Below, in pieces: positions 48,401 through 62,809 of a stretch of DNA of 64,000 nt; position 1 is the stretch's first letter; every line of letters begins with the position of its first letter. This DNA is from Carcharhinus amblyrhynchos (Eukaryota). The position numbers and the translations under genes were made by a program. Where the stretch lies: assembly GCA_965287045.1 (NCBI GenBank), contig OZ336879.1, forward strand, positions 62,124,001-62,188,000, given 5' to 3'. The notes under the pieces were generated by a model. The model was not told the origin of the DNA. It saw only the letters and a list, made by a program, of their open reading frames with translations, and did not search any database.

Positions 48401-51400
48401 TCATGTGTCTGGTGTACAATGACGGTACCTCGAAAAAATTGCAGAAAACCTTCAGTCTTTTTTAAACGTAGCATTTATTTATGAACCATAAATTAATCGC
48501 CATATAATTAAATTACACTTTTAAGATCTAATGCCGTTATACGCTTAAAGGCTCGCGTTTATTTTAATTCCGAAAGTATGATGTAGGTTATGAATTTATA
48601 TATGAAATCCTATTCTGTGCGATTTATCTGTTGTTAGAAATAGGTAAGCCTTTGACCAAGCTCAACTCCCGTGTTGTGTCCTGATGTTTGTCCTGTGTCT
48701 TTTTCCTCTCATTTTTTAAGAGTCTCCAACATATATGTTAGAACAAGCCTTTGCTTCTGTTCGTTTGGGTTTTCCTGATTTTTCCTCCTTCCCTCCCACC
48801 CCCACCCCTCCCAAGCCACTGATTTTCCATATTTTTGAGAACACAAATTGACTTCATCGAAAGAAAATACCGGTCTTTATTCAGTCAGTTTGAAATAGAG
48901 TTATTTAACCAAAAAAAAATTGGTGATAACTGTTTGGGAGGAAAGTAAAGGATAATTCGAGAAGAGGTTCAGGCGCAGGTCACAGATTCATTGAATGAGC
49001 TGTGTTGGTATTGTTAGGCTGGCTTCCTTGAATATTCCTAGAATAAGACCCTGTGGAATAAGGATGTCTGGACATTTTTTTTTAATCAAAGATGTCTAAT
49101 AACTCCCTGTACAGTTCTGCTCATAAATTCTTATTCAGGGAATATATTAAAATGGAAACCACAAATATGTTTATTAACATTGAATATTTCACCTACCCAT
49201 GGACGAAGTTGTTAGCCGCTTACTTGATCTACAACAGCCCTTCTGGGATTTTTTTAACGCTGATATACTTTATAACAGTAACATCCCACTAAAAATCCAG
49301 TCACTGGAATCACAAATTACATATTTTAATATTGTATTGCCGTTCAATATTATAGAGTGTATTTGTGTGAAACCTGGTTTAAAGTATTGTTAAAGATACC
49401 CAGTGAAATCCTTATGATATCGGCTTCTCCTTACTATTTGATAGTTTCACGTTCTTTCTAATGTCTGCTTAACACTGAAGGACGATATTATTAAGATTCC
49501 ACCCGAGTTGTCTTATCTGTTACAAAATGTACTATCTACCCAGATATTTCCCAGTGTCAAAACGTTACGGGTTGGGGGTGGGGTGGCTGAGATGCTGGGC
49601 GCAAAGAGATATTTTAAATTATACAATAACCACAAGAGGTGACGAGGCATGTTAGGTTGCTGGCATGCTCTGGGCTGAATTCTTTCTTTCAACAGCTCTG
49701 TATGTGACGTCAGTTAAGTGTTATATTGCAAATAGATCTTGGAAAACCTGACCATGTTGCCGTTATTATTATTATTTCCGCCGTAGCGTTGCGTCTTTTT
49801 AAGTGAGCTGTGTGTGCTGGGTCTATCAGTAGAAAGTTGTAGGTCGGCGCAGGGTTGTGTTGGCACTTCTCAATCGCAGGACCAGAAATTGATAGGTGGA
49901 GGTTCACTGGCCGAATGGAAAATTTATCGGCAGCTGCGGTGACCAAGGAACAGCGTAAATAAGTGGCGCAGCGATATTAATGAATACTGGGGATTGTGAG
50001 AACATTAGGGTTTGTTGGTCAGACAGAGTTCTGTTAGCAAATAATAACACGTGATTCCGTAAACCTTTCTTTGCACATAAACTGTGCTACTTGATAGGAA
50101 ATTATCACGGCTGCGTAAACCGTGCTGGGGGATGTTGATCCGTCTAGCGCTGGGTGGAATACGGAATGATTTATGTGTCAACCCCGAGTAATTAAAAACT
50201 CTGAAAAGCCAGCCTAGTCTCCGATTTCTAAGTTTGATGTTTGCGGGTACGTGAAGCGCGGAAGTCAGATTTTATGTCACGGTTGCATTAGATACTAGGA
50301 GAATCGCCAGACAATGGCATGGCACAAGAGACATCATTTTATTCTTTTCCATATTAGTTCACTTTATTCTGGAGAAGTTGCATGCAGGGCCCGCTTTGAC
50401 CTGAAGCATTCATTGTGTTCAATTTTGTGAAGATCTAGTGGAAAAAATAGTTGAAATGTGTGGGGAAAGGTAGAATCGGGAGTAAATGTGACAAGAATGT
50501 AAACAACATTTTCGGATACTGCATTGATTTATATGATTCTATTATTCCGGCCTGGATCCGGGTTTTTTTCAAATCTCTTTTTCTCTCTCAAATTTGTGCT
50601 TCATTATCTCGTTTCCTTAGCACCAGCCCCTTTCGCTTATTTCATTTCTATATCCGTTAGCCTAAACCCCTCGAATGGTTACAATAAATTAAACATGCTG
50701 ATCAGGAGATCCCTGCTGCGGAGATATCAAGCTGCATTAATTCCTGTCTCCTTTATCTGTATCCTTCAGTGACACCTTTAACTATTCCCAGTCACCGGCG
50801 GTTCAGTTACTCAGCTGCCCTAGCCCAAGTTTGCCTCTGACAGTGCAGAAGCCTCAATTGTCACTGTCTTTCTCCTTCCAAAGCGTGTACCTATCATTTA
50901 TTTACAGGGTGCATCAGCCCATTAAAGTGCACGTCCAAAAGCTGTAGGAACATGGAATTCACACACGTGCACGGATTGTATATTCGTCCTTGTATTCCAA
51001 TCTTAACTTTTAAACTGATTGCTGAATCTATATCGTCCACTTGTTCCCTTTCTCGTGGTTTTAAAAGTTCTGCTTGAGGTAGTCATCGCTGTCGCTTTCA
51101 TCCGTTGAAATCTATTGGCTTTTCTAGTACAATAGTCCCACCCGGGAGAGTGAATTGCAGAAAAGAGCTCGAGGTGCCGAGGTACATTTTAAAATAATTG
51201 GCGATTGTTTGGAGCTGAGACAATCTCCCAGGCTCCTTTCCCCGCCAGTTTTTGAGTAGTGTTTGATGTGATTAGTCTTCAAAATAAGCAGTAAGCTACA
51301 GAAAAAAACATTCTGAAGTTATCCAGACAATCCTTAGTTTATGTTGAAGTTGCACTGCCTTAATTAATCAAAACTCGCCAACTGGTGCAACAGGTGTATT

Positions 51401-52649
51401 TGGAACTGAACGGGTTCAGTTTCAGTGGCATTGATTTTGTAAGTTTGCCATATGTCTGTATTTTCATTTAAAAAAAACACTCCTTTGTGTTGAACACGAA
51501 TGGCTTGTATTTTAAACAAATTTCCAAGCCTCTGCATACTTTGTTTTGTTTTAACTTAGACGGACATGGGGACAATCTGTGATATTGATGCCTGGTTGTG
51601 GGTTGTGTTGTTTAGAAATACAGCAGAATCGGCGCCCAAAAGAAAAACACACACGCATAAATTCAACTGGTGATTTTATCACATAACGAGTTTTAATCTT
51701 AAGGTTTTGGGGGTGGCATCAGGAAAACACTTTCTAGTTTATCACCTTGCATTAACAAGGTGTGCAATAACTTAATCTACGCAACAGTTTGACAGCATGT
51801 TACATGTCAGTGGCAGAATACATTGTGCAACAATAGTTCTTGAAGCTTGAGTAAGCGAGATTGACCACTGCGTGTTCCCATAATCGATCTTAATTATTAT
51901 GAAGATATAAAATACGCGGTGTGCATACCTAATGCTGTGAGGGACCGTCTTGCTTACATACCAAGATCAAATGGATTTCAATTCTTTTAGAAAATAATAT
52001 TGGATTGTAATAGTGAGCACTGAAAGGCGTGATGCACTGGTATTTCATCTGGTATTCTTTATCTTTTCAACCATGACTTTGTTGGGGAACGGCGTTCAAC
52101 ATTGCAGTGGTCTCATTTAAGCGCAAGTATATACTTGGATTGTTGTAAATCTAAGCTGCATTTTAATTGCGAGCCGTAGAGACATATTCTGTTTCGAGTC
52201 AAAAGTGCTTGCACTCTGCTGAGACCGCCCGCTTCCCCATTGCAAAAAGGCTGCCGTTTCAGCTGTCACAGCTTCCCATTGATTTGCCCAAACCCTCCCC
52301 TTGAAGAATAACATTGTAAAAGTCACAGGTTTCTCTCTCCGTCCCAATTAACTTTATTTTTGGATGCATTCTCCCAAACATAGATAGAAAGGCGAGGGTT
52401 GCAACCCTGTTCACTTAACACGGGTTGCATCCCCCTGCTGCAGGACTTGGAGGCCTTCAGTGAGGGTGTCTGGCTGAACCAGTGCTGCCCGATCGCAGGG
52501 GAACTGCCTCTCGCACGCTGAGGCAGATACTGACTATCTTACAAGTTGCGTTTCTGGGCTCGACCTTTCAGTAAAACTGGGGGAGGGGGCAAGGGGGGGC
52601 CTGGGGAGAGGGAAAAAATCAAATTTCTCTGGTCGACTAGCCAACACCG

Positions 52650-52662
52650 GTTGCTTAGCAAC
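52650..52662. promoter_or_regulatory. RFX X-box motif
   Basis: GTTGCTTAGCAAC near-palindrome within a CpG- and G-rich patch. Confidence 0.45.
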
Positions 52663-52999
52663 AACATTCAAGTGGAGATGAAAGAATATGTATTTTTGTA
52701 TTGCTATTTATTGTTACAACAATAATAATAAGATGACAGTTTGCCTGACTCATTTGACTGTAGTGTGTTTAATTCAAGCCGAGGGGGTATGTTCAGAAGT
52801 TGAGAGACCGAATAAAGTTGTAATTTTCTAGAACAAGGGAGATGTTGCTGGGATTCCAGTCGGATTCTGTTCGGTGACACTACACTATTCAGCAGCACTT
52901 CAAACCTCTGGTAGTAAATTGACGTCCACAAGCATTAGATTTATTTCAAAAATTGGATTGTGAGTGTGCTTTCTGGGATACTTGATGAGTTCAGGTGGT

Positions 53000-53068
53000 G
53001 TCTGGCAATTAGGGATGGGCAATAAGTACCGACCTAGCCAACGAAGCCCTCTCCACGATTGAATGATA
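53000..53068 (+). mobile_element. LINE/SINE 3' tail remnant
   Basis: GGCAATTAGGGATGGGCAATAA is shared with the ends at ~58350 and ~63440. Confidence 0.6.
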
Positions 53069-53814
53069 GTAATAAACAAGCCTCTCTGGTTATCACTTGT
53101 TATGCAGTAACGCGGGGTACTCCTGAGGCGGCTTTCCATGTATCAGTGGCCAAACTGGGTGGGAATTGAACAGGTCACTCCATCTAGTAGCCCTGAAGCC
53201 GGGACTTGCGATAAAGCTGCATATAAGCCAGCGAGATTTCAAAACAAGGCACTTAAAGTGACCACTTTCTATTTATGATTAGCATGCTCTGCAAGCTACC
53301 TTTTGAATCTCCGAATTACACCGATTTCTTTTACTGACTTCAACCATTCCTTTATTTAACGGCTAGTGTCAGACTGGTTGCAGAAGCCAGGGCCACAAGC
53401 CTTCGACGCCTACTACATTGCATCTTCTTAAAGATCTACATTTAATTTGCCATATTCAAGATGGGATTGTTATTAGAAGTGCAGAGCTGGTATTGCTGAA
53501 GGCTCGGACACGTAATAACTAAGGCATGACTGTCCATAAATGCGATAGTTAAATTACTGCCTGGAAGCAGCGAGATACTGCCTCAGCACGCCAGCTTATC
53601 CCGTTGCAAATATCATTAAGTTGTACAGCTGAAGTTGGACCATTGTTGGCACTTTTCACTTTATGGTTAGGGATGCTCACTTTAAAAAAATTATTTGAAG
53701 TAGACTTGATTTTTCTTGATCAAGGGCTTCATGGATAGTTATTCTTTACACTTGGACGAATTGTTCCGACTCATGCCCAGCTTTTTGTCATTGTTTCAGA
53801 ATAGCTTTTAATGA

Positions 53815-53903
53815 GGTTGAAGATCAGCCATGATGTTAGTGAATAACTGAGCAGGTTAAAGAAGCCATAGAGTCTACTCTTGTTCCTATTTCATTTGTTC
53901 CTA
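53815..53903 (+). mobile_element. CR1 3' tail remnant
   Basis: AGATCAGCCATGAT..CTACTCTTGTTCCTAT, matching the tail at 24230-24300. Confidence 0.6.
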
Positions 53904-56900
53904 TAGCTAGAAGGCTGAGTTAAATGGTGCAGCAATGCTCACTGCTTCTAATCATTTGATAATTGGATTTGATACTTGGACCTTTATCGTCCAAAAGTAA
54001 TTATTAGATATGATAGTGTAACGGATCTGGGCTTGAAGTGGTACAGTGCGTGGCACTCACAGAAAACTATTTTCAAGAAAAAAATCGGAATTTTGAGCGA
54101 ATGGATCGGCGGCCCGTGTGGGATCAGCCGTGCCTCTGCAGAAGTAGGAAGTTCTTTGTTCAAGATGCACTGTTGCACCAGAGGGGAGACAACCTGACTT
54201 TGTACAAACGTTATTACAGACCTTAAAGGTATGTTTCTGCACTCGTGTTGCTTGAATCAACTGCCGACCCCACAGCATTGATGCATTTTGTAGAATTTCC
54301 ACTTGCTAGTTTCATAAAACCACGTTGTTGGTTTTTTGGTGTCATGTCAGTATGTGTGATTTCCCGAACCAAAATGTCAATTATGTAAACAAAACTTCCT
54401 TAATGTTTCTTTTATTGCACACATCACAGATTGGTTACAGCTGTACTATTTACACATGTCAACGTGACCTTACAAATTATTACTCCAAAATACAATATAA
54501 GTGCGCGTTTTCTAAGCTTGCGTCAACTGCATATCGTTCTCCTATCTTTCTTTAGTCATAGCTGACTTTACCCAAATACTGTATATGGCAAATTATTGAT
54601 TCAGATGCAAGAAGCCAAATACAAAGGTACTTCAAACTTTTTGTTATTGCTTCTAGTTCGATGCTGAGATTAACCATCACAGCGGTGCAGTGGAAATAAT
54701 GGGAATGTGTTTTGTAATATTCCATGACTTGCCTTTTAACTCATGATATCTGTCGGTTTGGAAAGTGGTGAGAATTAGTTCATGGAGGAGCAGAATATCA
54801 AAGTTAAGGCAATTCTGGCGAGAGAGACAAAGATGACAGAATTAAGAGTGGGGGAGGGACAGGGAACATTTGAGACCTCAGCCAGTCCCGGGGCGGATTA
54901 ACCCTTTCGACCGTAGACTTCACATGCAAATTATACCACAAATATTATTGTTTCAATGTTTCCAGGATACTCTCGGACGTTAAGTTAACTTCGTCATAAA
55001 TAATACTTTCTTAGAGAATTGAAGAAGTGGAAGGAAGGATATCTTCTTCAGCTTTCTTTTGGCGAGTGAAAATGCAAGATTTGTATTCATTGGTTAGAAA
55101 CATTATCTGTAATATCGGATAATTACTGTGATGTCCTCCTATGTCCCATTCAATGTGCACTAAAAGGTGAATCTCGACATTAAGATGATCAGATTCATGT
55201 ATTGCTTTGTAATGAAACATTTGATATTAAAGTAAATTTCAATGTGAGTGATCAGGATGAGGATTGTGTTGAGCTTTATGGAATGTTTTGTCTAGCAGGA
55301 GTATTGTTCTTGAACTGATGAGGTAGGTGAGTTCAACGTTGTCGCTGTTTCTAATATTTGTAATTCTTGTATATTCATTAACTCTTGTGAGGTTACTCTT
55401 TGTCATAATGTAAGAAGGTAATCTGCAATAGGAGTGCATTGATTACCAGGCAGAAGGAACCAACAACGCAAATTCCTAACGGAGCATACGAGACTTGTAA
55501 AGGTATACCATAGAGAACACTGTGGCACTCAGCAACATGTGCACAAAAATGGTGATGTGGGGCAAAATGCGTGCATAGAACAGCATGCACACTGCCTGGT
55601 TTCTATTCTTATGAACAAAAATGCAGCTCGACATGTGTGTACACAATACATAATCAATAGGCCAGATTGTACACTCATTCATTATGGACATTCATTATGA
55701 AACATGCTCATTAGTATGAGTATGATACATATGAGAGCAATGTGGAGGAACATGAAGGGGTGTACAGTTAACAGTGAGTCTTAAATCTTGGTTTTGTGAT
55801 GACATTGAATGAAATTGGTATGAAATGCTTGAACAGATGCCTAACAGCGCACTTTTTTTTCTTAAATTGCTCTTCACAATGGACAGCATATGCCCTTTGC
55901 TATAGCTCCATTATATTCTGCTGCAGAATTTCACGTGACACCGAATGATTGGTCAAGTCTGAGTGGAACAGGTATGTGCAATTTGAAATGCATTTTGAAG
56001 TTACTTTGAGTCTGGCGAGTTGTGTCCTCTAGATTGCTTAGGTCTCAGTAAAACAGAGAATCCTTGCAGTAGGGATGTGTTGAACGAGGATGGCATTTCT
56101 TGAGTGCAACAGAACTTGTTTGGAAAAAGTATAGGTTTTTTATAAGAAATGTAGAGAAGGCGAATTCGGATATTGTAGCCGCTGTTGTTCTTCAGGGTTT
56201 GGATCGAAAACATTTTCAGTCTCTGAGAGCCTAAGTCTCTTTGGCACAAATAATGATGTTAACAGTATCTTACACGTACAAGGATGTTTCATCCGCTATC
56301 ACCATTGTCCACAAATTGTTTTAATAATTCTGTCAGCGCTAACAAATTTCAGTGTGCTGACTGTCTTTATATCAGTTCGATTTTGATATTAATTCGTTAA
56401 ACATTATCGTTCCGACAAGCCAGAGTAAACAAAGCGTTTTGAATCCCACACTCTTCACCTCGCTGCATGTACTGTGCATCTCAACCAAAACCTATGGGAA
56501 GAAAGACTCCTTCGAGAGCTGCCCCCTCCCTCGCCTTCTGGTTATGTATCTCAATTGCAATGTTATTTTCCCAATAATATTCCACTAATTAAAAAATGTG
56601 CCTAGTCCCACATATTTCCCTCATCTTGCTTGTTAATATTCAGCGCACCAGAATTAGAATATATGTGCAGTTTCTTTTCTTTGAAAAAAATGTATTTTCT
56701 TTCGGTGAGCGAAATCTTAGTATTCTCAAAGGTTAGTACTTAGCAGAATTAAATATGACTGGTTAGTGTCAATAATTAGGGCATGAGCCCTTTTTTGAAT
56801 TTTAACTCAATTCTTTTTCCCACAAAATCAACACAGTTGCACCAAATTACAACATGTGCAAGTATTCGGGGAAATAAATAGGCTAAGCGTAGCCAGCTTC

Positions 56901-56949
56901 TATATCTGAGCTTATTACTGTGGCTAAAAGTCTCTGTGCCTTAAACCAC

Positions 56950-58402
56950 GCTGAGAATTCAACCCCTGCATAGTTGAACTAGTGTCCCTCGCCAAACTAT
57001 TCCAATACAACTCCAAACCTGGCGTTGCCCAGCACTGTCTTGTCCACAAAAAAGCAAGGCAAATCCAATCCAGCCAAACACTCCCCCATCAGTCTACTCT
57101 AAACCATCGGCAAAGTGATAGAAAGGATCTAGCACCTGGTCAGCATTGCTCAGTTTAAGTTCCCTTAGGACCACTCGACTATAGATCATATTGCAGCCTT
57201 GGTACAGGCATGGACAAAAGAGTTGAATTCCAGGGGTGAGGCGAGAGTAACTGCCCTTGACACCAAGGCAGCATTTGATGAAGTGTGATATCAATTAACC
57301 CAAATATTATTGTGAGGGAATGGGGGCTTGGGATTCAGAACTGGTTGGAGCCATACCTATCACAGAGGAAAATAGTTGTGATGGTTACAGATCAATCACT
57401 TCAGTCGCAGGATATCATTGCACGAGTTCCCCAGGGCAGCGCCATAGGCCCAACTATCTTTAGCTGCAATGACTCTCTCTCTATATATATCATAAGGTCT
57501 GAAGTGAGGATGTTTGCTGATAATGAACAGTGATCAGTTCCATTCACAACTCCTCAGATAATGGAATGTTCTCTGCCTACTTTGCGGCATGACCCATTCA
57601 CCTTTCAGAGTTTGAGCTGATAATTGGCAAGTGATATTCACATTGCAGCACAAGTGTCAGGCAATAACCACCTCCAACAGGAGAGAATCCAACCATCACC
57701 TCTTGACATTCAATTGCATTGCCATCACTGAACCCCCAACCACCTACCCAATTATTAACATTCTGGGTCCGGAGGGAGACGTTACCAGGGGCCAGAAAAT
57801 GAAATAGACCAGCCATAGGAAGAACTGTGGCTATAAAGCAGATCAAAAGTTGTGTATTCTGAAACAAGTGGCTCAACTACTTCCCCAAAGCCGACCTACA
57901 AGGTATAAGTGAGGAGGGTGATGAGCCCCCCCCCCCCCCCCAACAACTTGTCTGGATGAATGAAGCCCCAACAACACTCAATAAGTTCAACTCCATTCAG
58001 GACAAAGCAGCCCGCTTGATTGGCATCTCCTCCACCACTGGCACCATGTTGCCACGCATTTACAAAAATGCACTGTAGTAACTCGCCAATGCATCTTTGA
58101 CAGCACTTCCCAGTTCTTCTATTTCACCCACCTGGAGCGACAAAGGCAGCCGGCACATGGGAACACTATTACCCTCAATTTCCCCTCAAAGTCACATGCC
58201 ACCCTGATTTGGAAAAACATCCAGTCGTCGTTTATCCTCACTGGGTGAAAATCCTGCAACTCTCTACCTAACAGTACCGAGTGGGCGTCTCTTCAGCACA
58301 CGGGTTGCAGCGCTTGCAGAAGGAGAATGACCGCCACCTTTTCAAAGGCAATTAGGAATGCACAATAAAGGCTTGTGTTGCCAGTGCCGCCTACATCCCT
58401 GT
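56950..58402 (+). mobile_element. Degraded CR1-group LINE (RT to 3' end)
   Basis: RVTALDTKAAFDEV, VPQGSAIGPTIFSC, VRMFADN. 3' end GGCAATTAGGAATGCACAATAAA..CCTACATCCC. Confidence 0.85.
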
Positions 58403-59608
58403 ATTTGTTTGTATGTACAGATGGTAGGCAGCGTACACTGCAACCAGGCAGTATGTTGAAATCTAAAACATTTTGCTTTCAATCCATATTACACTTGTTT
58501 TCACTATAAGTTACAAACATAATAACAGTGAATCTCTCAAACATTTCTGAGCGGCACAGCAAACTTTACAAGAGTTCGGTGATTTGGGAAGCACGTAATG
58601 GAGAGAAATGCCTAATGTGAACTGTAGAAACCTCGATCATTCCAGAAACCGAAAAAACACTTTAACACTAGCCAAAAACCGGTAGGCAATGATGCCAAAG
58701 ATGAATTCTTGTACAGCTATTGCTTTTCTCTTTTGCTCAAAATGACGTTGAATATTGTTAGAATGTTCAAACATATTTTTTCTTCGGACAATGTGTCCAA
58801 TTGGCGTTCGGTTCCGAAAGGGGGTTTGGGGTGTGTTGCCTACAAGTAAGAACAGCTGTTGAGAACAATGGAGTTCAATTTCAGCGGTTACAAACGTTCC
58901 AGATAGTTTGTTTCAGTGCTCACGGACACATGGTGAGTGCATTGTGTAGTGATCACTCCGTTAGCCTGAAGTAAAATGGATGTGTACCATCGTCAGAAAG
59001 CTGGCTACATTCCGGAAACCAGGGGATTTCGCAGCACGCAAAAGACTCCTTTAAAACGAGTTGCAAGCGATGCCGTTCTTTCAACGTAACATCCATGTAG
59101 GTTGCAGACAGACGTTTGCCTGAGGTGTCTAGCACATCCTATACCCCTTATAAACACATCTCTGGCACTTCGCTGTGGAAATGGATGACCTAGGTGGTTC
59201 TCAGGCGTGTTTAGGTTAGCCTTTTCCAAAGAAACGAGGTTGGGTTTAACTTACCAATGTAGTACAGTTCTGTAAGGCAGAATGTTAAATGAGGAGGGTG
59301 GTGACTGATTAGATTTGCAACACTTATTGATTTGTATAGACTGAAGACTTGGGCAATGCGACAGTTAGGCAGCTGCTTGTTGGGTGGCGTTGGAGAGCAA
59401 TAGTCAAGAAACTGTTAATCTCCGTCGCCCCACAAATCGACAGTTCTGCGACTATAAAACCAAACTCAGACCACGGGGATGGAAGGTTAAACTGCAACGT
59501 CAGTTTTTTTTAATATATAGCATCTCTACTATGTGTCTTAAAGCACAATGTCCTCACCAGACAACTAACTTATTCGTTTACTCGGATACCTGATGAGAGT
59601 CGATTAAT

Positions 59609-59897
59609 GCGGCACCGTGGTTAGCACTTTTGCCTCACAGTGCCAGGGACCTGGATTCAAATCCGGCCTCGGCTCACTGTGTGGAGTTTGCACATTCTCC
59701 CCATGTCTGCGTGGGTTTCCTCCGGTTGCTTCGGTTTCCTCCTACAGTCCAAAGATGCGCGGGTTAGGTTGATTGGCTAATCTAAATTGCCCTTTAATGT
59801 CAAGGGTTCTAGCAAGGTGAATAAATTGGGAATAGGGCCTCGGCAGGACCGTGGTCCGTGCAGACTCCTTCTGCACTGCAGGGATCCTATGATTCTA
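59609..59897 (+). mobile_element. HE1-like SINE
   Basis: GGCACCGTGGTTAGCAC..GGATTCAAATCC..TGTGGAGTTTGCACATTCTCCCCATGTCTGCGTGGGTTTCCTCCGG..CTATGATTCTA. Confidence 0.88.
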
Positions 59898-60084
59898 GTG
59901 CAGGTAAAACTTCGAATCTTAAAGAAATGTGTAGAAGTAAATCCTTCCCCCACTGTGTCTGTGATTGCCGAAAGAAACTAAACGGCTTAATCCCATTTCC
60001 TGTTTTTGGTTACTAGGTAGGTAAAGGCACGCCAAGTGCATGTCCAAGTACTTTCCAGATTAGATCAGGGGTTTCCGTCACTAT

Positions 60085-60275
60085 CACTCTCACTTCACAC
60101 TTCGATCATTTCTTGGGTGAAAACATTTCTCCTCGACTCACCTCTAATCCTTCCACCAATTACTTTAAATCTATCTCCTCTCTGGCTAAGGGAAATGGGC
60201 TCTCCCTATTCACTCTACCTAAGCCCCCTCACAATTCAATTAATTAAGTCTCTCCTTCACCGCTTCTGTTTCAAA
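60085..60275 (-). mobile_element. Degraded CR1 3' fragment
   Basis: TGGGTGAAAACATTTCTCCTC..CTTTAAATCTAT..CTATTCACTCTA, similar to other minus-strand CR1 ends in the window. Confidence 0.55.
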
Positions 60276-62809
60276 ATCCCTACAAATGTCGAACTGATTG
60301 TCAATAAATATTAGATTGCCACGAGCATTGTTTTTTGTTGTAAAGAGAATCCTGCTGGAACCAGTACATGCTTTCCAGTTATTGCTCAGAATCCAATGCT
60401 TGAGTCAGACAGCAATGCAAGTCTTCCTACTTGGGACAATGGCTGTGGTTAGTTTCTGTAAACCGGAGATCCCGTCAATCATTTTAAGGACGAATGGAAT
60501 TCTGAAAAGTGTACATAAAGTGAGGCAATCCTTCACTGAAGGAGGAAGTAGTTTCCACCTGAGTTTGGAAGAGGTCAGCTGGTGGCTGGCGAAGCTAGCA
60601 GCTGGTAATCGATGTCCAATAGTTGGCAATGATGTGTCGGGGCTCCATCACAGATTACTTTAATTAAACTTCAATCACATAGTGGAATGGATATAATCTA
60701 ATCGAATATTTGTGTTTAGTTTTCTTTAGATTGACCATTTCGAGTCATTGGCTTTTCCCCTCTTTCCTTCTTCTTGCTTGCCAGCATCTTATTGAATGGG
60801 TTGATATGCTTGGGCACAATGGGGACAGAGTATTAGGGCTAAACTCTCGCAAAGAGCTGAACACACAAATTTCTTCCTTCTGCGCTGTGCCAGCCTATGA
60901 TTGTGTGGCTCTAAATCCATTGTGTGACATGATGTGAAGGGGGAGGGGATGATACCATGACTGACCTCTGCCGGTGCTGCACTGACTGTGAACATTAAGA
61001 AGTGAGTACATGTAATATCCCAGTAATATTCATGTTATTTGACACAACCAAATCGATTAATGAATGTATTATAGCTTGAATTGTTGACATGTTCTATCAA
61101 TACTTATCAAAAGCCATGTGCTATACTTAAATAATAAAATTGCGAAGATTGTTTACACCTTTATTATGTGTAAAAGTTTGTTTTCTCTGTATATGTATTA
61201 CCAATTATAATATGCTTAACTTCATCATGATAGTCATTTTCACCGGAATTGGCTGGTACATAGCATACTAGCACTTTGCGGTCTAATTTGTCTCGCTAGT
61301 ATGATACTTTATGCGTTGTCTGAGAGTATCAGTCCTTCTGTTTTTTCACCCATCTTCTTTAGTTCACTTGCTGCTGACAAAGCAAATGGTTGTCCTGCCT
61401 TTAGATCTATTTCTACTGTCTTCTTATGCTGGGATATTTACTAGGAAGCACCCAACGGTCACAATCACCTGGGGAACAATTTTCCCTTCGAATGGTCTAC
61501 CCTCCCAGGAATGTGTCTGCCTCTCTTGATGCAGCAGAACGGTTGAGATAAGGGAGATGGAATCTGCGTGCCAACACCGTTATGATTGTGAGTGTGCATC
61601 GCCAGACCATCTGTTCTGGTCGTTCCCGAAAACTTCCGATCGCCGCCTTAAGATGTGATATTCGTCAGCTGTGTCTTAATAAATATGCAAACCATTTATG
61701 CAAACCTTTTACAAATGAACAGAAAGTGTTCACCTCGAGTGTTACATATAACCGGGGCAAATTATATATACATGTGTGTATATATAGCATGGGCGTGGCA
61801 TTGTATATATGGCGTGCGGTAAGATGTTACAAACAGCGTGGTGAATGTCTTACCTGGTTTCTCTCTCAAGTGTGGGTAATTGTGTTACATATAGTATGAT
61901 GAGTGGGTCAATGTAGTGAGAGGAATTGCATCATTGAAGAATGGTGTGACTATTATGAAGAAGGGTGTATATGCAGGTGAGTGATTTATATTTACAATGT
62001 AGAAATCGTATCATATACGGTTTGAAATATTATTTGCAAACAGAGAATCGTACATAAACTACATTGATAATGGTATTGCATATACAGCAGCCAGTATATA
62101 CAATATAATAAAAAAAGGATGTTATATGAAAATAAATGGATGATAATATTGCATAGATTATAAAATATATTATATAGCGGGGGGAGCTATGTTACTTATA
62201 GTGCGTGGTATAATATCTACAATACAAGGCAGTGTGGGAAGAGTCTGAAAATGAACATAGTGGGAATGGATACAATGTGAGAGATTGAGTTGCATCAAAT
62301 AGGGGAACAATGTTACATTTAGTGTAGCGAACTTTATATTCTGGAATTGAAACTATATTGCATATCGTATTGGTTACACATTAACATTTACTTATATATA
62401 GAGAGAGAATAGAAATTGTATTCTGTCTTATTACCTCTACTTTTTAGGACGCCTGTATCTTTCTCGCTAAGAAATTCAGTAATATTCTCTAAAAATGTTG
62501 CTGGTGCCATTCTGGAGTGAGTTTCTATGTCAACATGTTTGACGTTACAATTGATACAAAGATTGTGTAACAAATTGTCGCCAAATACAATTGATCAACC
62601 ACCTCTGAAGCATTGGCTGTCATTTCATTCCATTCATAGCTACCCGTCATTGTCCATAAACCGCGGTGTGTGGAGAATTTTCATTTAGCATTTTGCAATG
62701 TGGTGAAATTTCCTGGGTGTTTTGAACTGTGGGGAGTTCTTATTGTGATAATACCCCGAAGATGACGTGAAACACTACTGGTAAATTAGCTGAGGTAACA
62801 AAAGTCACC

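Noticed and set aside
59609-59680. tRNA genes at SINE heads (also ~320-393, ~5272-5345, ~63180)
   Set aside because: A and B boxes are present, but there is no full cloverleaf and each continues into SINE body and tail.
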